IMG/VR virus record: IMGVR_UViG_3300005512_000126
Coordinates: 1 to 36,405 of that record
Source: a virus
Lineage: Duplodnaviria > Caudoviricetes
Strand: one strand, 5' to 3'
DNA length: 36,405 bases
The position numbers were made by a program, and so were the translations under genes. Under the pieces are notes generated by a model. That model ran no database searches. It was not told the DNA's origin and worked only from the letters and a program-made list of their open reading frames with translations. Positions 33,090 through 36,405 of the stretch are shown one piece after another. The stretch's first letter is position 1, and every line of letters starts with the position of its first letter.

Positions 33090-35074
33090 CTATTAAGCAA
33101 TTAGCATCTACCCCTTGCGGTAAAGCTGTCGTAGAGGCTAACGACCTACAATCGCTGTTAAATACCCTTGACCGCGAAGGCTTAGCTGGCGGGCCAGAGC
33201 AGCCGGCATCTACTGCAGCTAAGGCGTTAGACGGTGTTTACGAGTATTATGTAAATGCACTGTTATCCGCCCCGAGTACCCAGGGGGTTAACGCCGTGTC
33301 CAATATGGTGCCAGTTTCTACCAGGGTATTTGAAACTATGTTCGCAGCTGGGTTCTCCAAAGCCAGATCGAAATTCTGGAACTCCGAGGCCGAGCGTACT
33401 ACTTTTATGGAAGCATTCGCGGAGGCTCAAGGAATTGGTGAAGGATTCAAAGAGGCTTTCGAGTTCTTAGGCATACGGTTCGGTAAGGCTGGGCTGCACG
33501 GGTCATCTGAAGAAGCCTTAGCTAAAATGAATATTCCAGAGGCCCTAGCGAAGCAAGCGAAAATTGAACGCAAACATAGAGCTATAAAGGGAAACGGAGA
33601 CTCCTATATTCTAAATAAAGGCCTTGATTGGCTGGGTAATTTCGTTAATATACCTGGTGGAGCACTGGCCAGAATGGATGAAGTGTATAAGATTATTAAC
33701 TACCGCGCCGAAGTGGCTAAACGAGCAATGCATGAAGCCGTTAACGAGTTCAGCGACTCCGGTAATCCAGCTAGCCGAGTACAGATACAAGAAAGATTTA
33801 AAGCTCTGAAGCAAGCGGCCCTAGATAACGTAGACTCTGATATCGCCGCTAAGGGCGTTGCAGATGCTGATCGTCGTACTTTTACAAATAGGCCAACTAC
33901 GGCTATAGAAAAAGCTATGGCTGAGAAAGGGCATACTTTACCCGGGATGCGCTGGCTAGTACCTTTCCGTCGTACCATGGTGAACTTAATAAGCTACGGA
34001 GCCGGAATGACCCCAGCGCCTTTGCTTAATCCTAAGAGCCTCACATGGGCCGCACTTAAAGAAGGCGGCAGTGCCGCGGACGAAGCCTTAGGGCGCATGG
34101 CTGCGGGAACTATGCTCTTAACCGGACTATTCTATACCCTAGGGGACAGTATGGATGGAGACCCCCCCTCCAACTTACAAGCTCGTGACTTGTGGGAAAA
34201 GGATGGGCATACCCCTGATTCGATAAGAATAGGCGATAAGCGCATTAAGATAGACTTATTGGGACCGATAGGCCCTTCGCTCAAAATTTATGCGCGAATC
34301 CAGACAGCTATGTCTAATATAGACGAGGAGAACGACCCAGATGGCCAATACCATTTAACTAGGCTGGCCTCCGAGGCTTTATTCTATACTGCTGATGTTA
34401 TCTTCGACGAACACTGGCTATCCACTATGAGCCAGTTTTTCACCGCTCTTTCTGACTCCTCCAAGGAAGGGGATGCTCGGGCCTTACAGGTATATGCCTC
34501 AAAATTTGGCACTGGCTTTATTCCTAATGTCGTCAAGAAAGAAGTTACTAAGGCTATAGACCCTAACATTAAAGATATCACTAATTCTTTTGACGCTGTC
34601 CTTGCAAAGTTACCGGGGCTGTCCACTAGCGTCGCTAACAAAATAAGTGTATGGGGCGACCCTATAAGGTACGACCATTTTTTAGACCCCTCATACGAAG
34701 AGGCCTCTACGGGCAAAGACCCGGTATCTGTCGAGATGCGAAAAATAGGACTAGAATTTCCTGAGCGCCGCCGGACAATAATGGCGGGAGATACAGCTAT
34801 AAGAATGACCCCCGAAGAGTTTATGCAATACCAGATATGGATTGGCAAAGGCGTGCGCGGGGCTAGCCCACTGAGGGACACTATAGCTAAGCGAATTAAA
34901 TCAAAGGCGTATAAGCGTATGTCGGTCTTAGGGAAAGAGCAGTACCTTAAAGACGCTATGAATGTCTATGCAGAACGAGCTAAGCAAGAGCTCTTGTATT
35001 CTCCCCAATTTTCTATAGGCCAACGGGTTAAAGGGACTAAGCAAAATTATCATAACCGTTTAAGGAGTAACTAA
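33086..35074 (+). CDS. Large internal virion (ejection) protein, C-terminal part (662 aa)
   Basis: YVNALLSAPSTQGVNAVSN, L...DE..K, R.TFT, LVPFRRT..N, G..P.SIRIGD and VWG.PI motifs resemble the C-terminal region of large podophage ejection proteins. Confidence 0.72.
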   Translation: MTIKQLASTPCGKAVVEANDLQSLLNTLDREGLAGGPEQPASTAAKALDGVYEYYVNALLSAPSTQGVNAVSNMVPVSTRVFETMFAAGFSKARSKFWNSEAERTTFMEAFAEAQGIGEGFKEAFEFLGIRFGKAGLHGSSEEALAKMNIPEALAKQAKIERKHRAIKGNGDSYILNKGLDWLGNFVNIPGGALARMDEVYKIINYRAEVAKRAMHEAVNEFSDSGNPASRVQIQERFKALKQAALDNVDSDIAAKGVADADRRTFTNRPTTAIEKAMAEKGHTLPGMRWLVPFRRTMVNLISYGAGMTPAPLLNPKSLTWAALKEGGSAADEALGRMAAGTMLLTGLFYTLGDSMDGDPPSNLQARDLWEKDGHTPDSIRIGDKRIKIDLLGPIGPSLKIYARIQTAMSNIDEENDPDGQYHLTRLASEALFYTADVIFDEHWLSTMSQFFTALSDSSKEGDARALQVYASKFGTGFIPNVVKKEVTKAIDPNIKDITNSFDAVLAKLPGLSTSVANKISVWGDPIRYDHFLDPSYEEASTGKDPVSVEMRKIGLEFPERRRTIMAGDTAIRMTPEEFMQYQIWIGKGVRGASPLRDTIAKRIKSKAYKRMSVLGKEQYLKDAMNVYAERAKQELLYSPQFSIGQRVKGTKQNYHNRLRSN

Positions 35075-36405
35075 TGACTGTACCAGCAGGGCAAGCGCCT
35101 TTAATAACCTACGCCTACTTAGGCCCCAATGATTATGACTTCCCATTTAGGGTGTTGGATTCTGGCGACCTTGAGGTGGCTATACTTGACGTATACGGAG
35201 AGAGAACTGTACTAGCACAGGGAGAAGCCTTAGATTATACCGTCACACTCCTAGGCGATGGGGATGCTGGAGGAACTGTTACAGTACTTTCTGAGCCCTC
35301 TGGAGGAACCCTCGAAATACGTAGAGATACCGTAGTTGAGCAGCCGACAGATTGGGTTAATAATAGCTCTTTCAACACCGAGTTGCTAGAAATCGACTTA
35401 GACCGGGCTATTCTCATCATACAAGAATTGCGGTCAGTTATATCTAGTAACTATGTTAGAGCCGCATGGAGAGGTACGTGGTTGGGGTATACAGAATATG
35501 CTGTAAGTGACTTAGTACAAGGAGAGGACTCTAACTGGTATGTAGCTCTTAGTAATCACACATCTTCTGACTCTTTTGAGGACGACTTGGCGTTAGGTTA
35601 CTGGTTATTAGCCTTTGATGTAGGGTATGTAGAAGACCTAGCATCACAGGCAGCACAGTCCGAGGCTAATGCGTCTGATAGTGCGACAAATGCAGCATCC
35701 AGTGAAGCAGCAGCTAAGTCCTCAGAAGACAACGCTGCAAGCTCAGAAAGTAATGCTTCTCTTAGCGAGAACAACGCCGCTAACTGTGCCGCAGAATCTA
35801 CAGCATCAGCCTCTAGTGCTGCAGAATCGGCGGCTGAAGCCGCTTCTCTTATCATTGTAGGGGAGCGTAGCGATGCTATAAGTACAGATTTCTATACTGC
35901 TTCTGCTGGACAGACTGATTTCTCTATAACAAAACCTACGGCTGAAGATAACATATTCGTATTTATGAACTCCAGAAAGCTTAGGCTTGATGAAGACTAC
36001 ACGTTGAACAGTGAAGTAGCTGCTTCTGTACTTACCTTAATCTCCCCAGCAGACGTAGGAGATGAAATAGACATAACTAGCATTAACACATACGATATAT
36101 CAGGAATACATGACGATATCGCAGCAGCACTAGTGGACGCTGAAGGTAGTGCTGCCGAATCCGCTGCCAGTGCTGCTGAGTCTGCTGCCAGTGCTGCTGA
36201 GTCTGCTGCCAGTGCTTCCGAGTCCCTGAGTAGCGCTGCCGAATCCGCTGCCAGTGCTGCTGAGTCTGCTGCCAGTGCTGCTGAGTCTGCTGCCAGTGCT
36301 TCCGAGTCCCTGAGTAGCGCTGCTGACTCTTTAAGTAGCGCTGGGGATAGCTCTACAAGTGCTTCCGAGTCTGCTGCTAGTGCTGCTGACTCTCTGCAAA
36401 GCGCC
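35074..36405 (+). CDS. Tail fibre protein (partial), with a T7 gp17-like N-terminal attachment domain
   Basis: Not in the ORF track because there is no stop in the window. AAGGAG RBS and TAATG coupling; MTVPAG...Y.Y.G...YDFPF...DYTV...GGTV...IRRDT...Q.TD......E..LDR....IQE, then a CBM-like WRGTW...Y...D.V...WY.A...HTS module and Ser/Ala coiled-coil repeats. Confidence 0.9.
   Translation, partial: MTVPAGQAPLITYAYLGPNDYDFPFRVLDSGDLEVAILDVYGERTVLAQGEALDYTVTLLGDGDAGGTVTVLSEPSGGTLEIRRDTVVEQPTDWVNNSSFNTELLEIDLDRAILIIQELRSVISSNYVRAAWRGTWLGYTEYAVSDLVQGEDSNWYVALSNHTSSDSFEDDLALGYWLLAFDVGYVEDLASQAAQSEANASDSATNAASSEAAAKSSEDNAASSESNASLSENNAANCAAESTASASSAAESAAEAASLIIVGERSDAISTDFYTASAGQTDFSITKPTAEDNIFVFMNSRKLRLDEDYTLNSEVAASVLTLISPADVGDEIDITSINTYDISGIHDDIAAALVDAEGSAAESAASAAESAASAAESAASASESLSSAAESAASAAESAASAAESAASASESLSSAADSLSSAGDSSTSASESAASAADSLQSA
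36148..36405 (+). repeat. 21-bp (7-aa SAAESAA) repeats including a perfect 84-bp duplication
   Basis: 36151-36234 is identical to 36235-36318; degenerate heptads continue to the window end. Confidence 0.92.

Noticed and set aside
30380-35855. Long antisense ORFs (215, 169, 165, 114 aa and others) opposite the ejection and fibre genes
   Set aside because: They are Ser/Ala-rich shadows expected from sense-strand codon bias, with no RBS or recognisable motifs.
19465-36405. Diversity-generating retroelement, suggested by the BPP-1-like structural genes
   Set aside because: No reverse transcriptase and no adenine-specific TR/VR pair are visible. The fibre C-terminus is outside the window, so a DGR cannot be excluded beyond it.
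1042-36405. Stop-codon reassignment (TAG recoding)
   Set aside because: Genes are full length and tightly packed under the standard code, and TAG terminates ORFs at sensible positions (for example the primase at 10889 and SSB at 5942).

Overview
The whole window looks like one tailed-phage genome segment of podovirus type. No host genes, integrase or lysis genes are recognisable, and both ends cut through ORFs. The left arm (1-15061, minus strand) is an APSE-like replication and nucleotide module: primase-polymerase/VapE helicase, DUF2800 nuclease, DUF5664 diphosphohydrolase, ThyX, dUTPase-like protein, DUF2815 SSB, family A DNA polymerase (Leu762 type), VRR-NUC nuclease, a minimal ATP-dependent ligase and a SNF2 helicase. 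Three near-identical CGTTTAC(A/G)-N17-TATAAT promoters sit upstream of genes in this arm. A roughly 2 kb divergent control region (13540-15610) holds IHF-consensus sites, an origin-like AT-rich segment with inverted iterons, three unrelated tandem-repeat arrays and a few micro-ORFs. The right arm (15614 to the end, plus strand) is a BPP-1-like morphogenesis operon: TerS, TerL, a GNAT, three Met-Gly-Gly proteins, portal, scaffold, major capsid, cement, adaptor, nozzle, four ejection proteins and a truncated tail fibre. Three observations stand out. First, a GNAT is translationally coupled to three proteins that share N-terminal MGG..KGG and C-terminal TS(L/I)L motifs, a candidate virion-protein acylation system. 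Second, a giant ejection protein appears split into two ORFs whose only two cysteines flank the split. Third, the nucleotide-pool cassette carries a non-canonical ThyX. All family calls come from motif recognition by eye, not from database searches.
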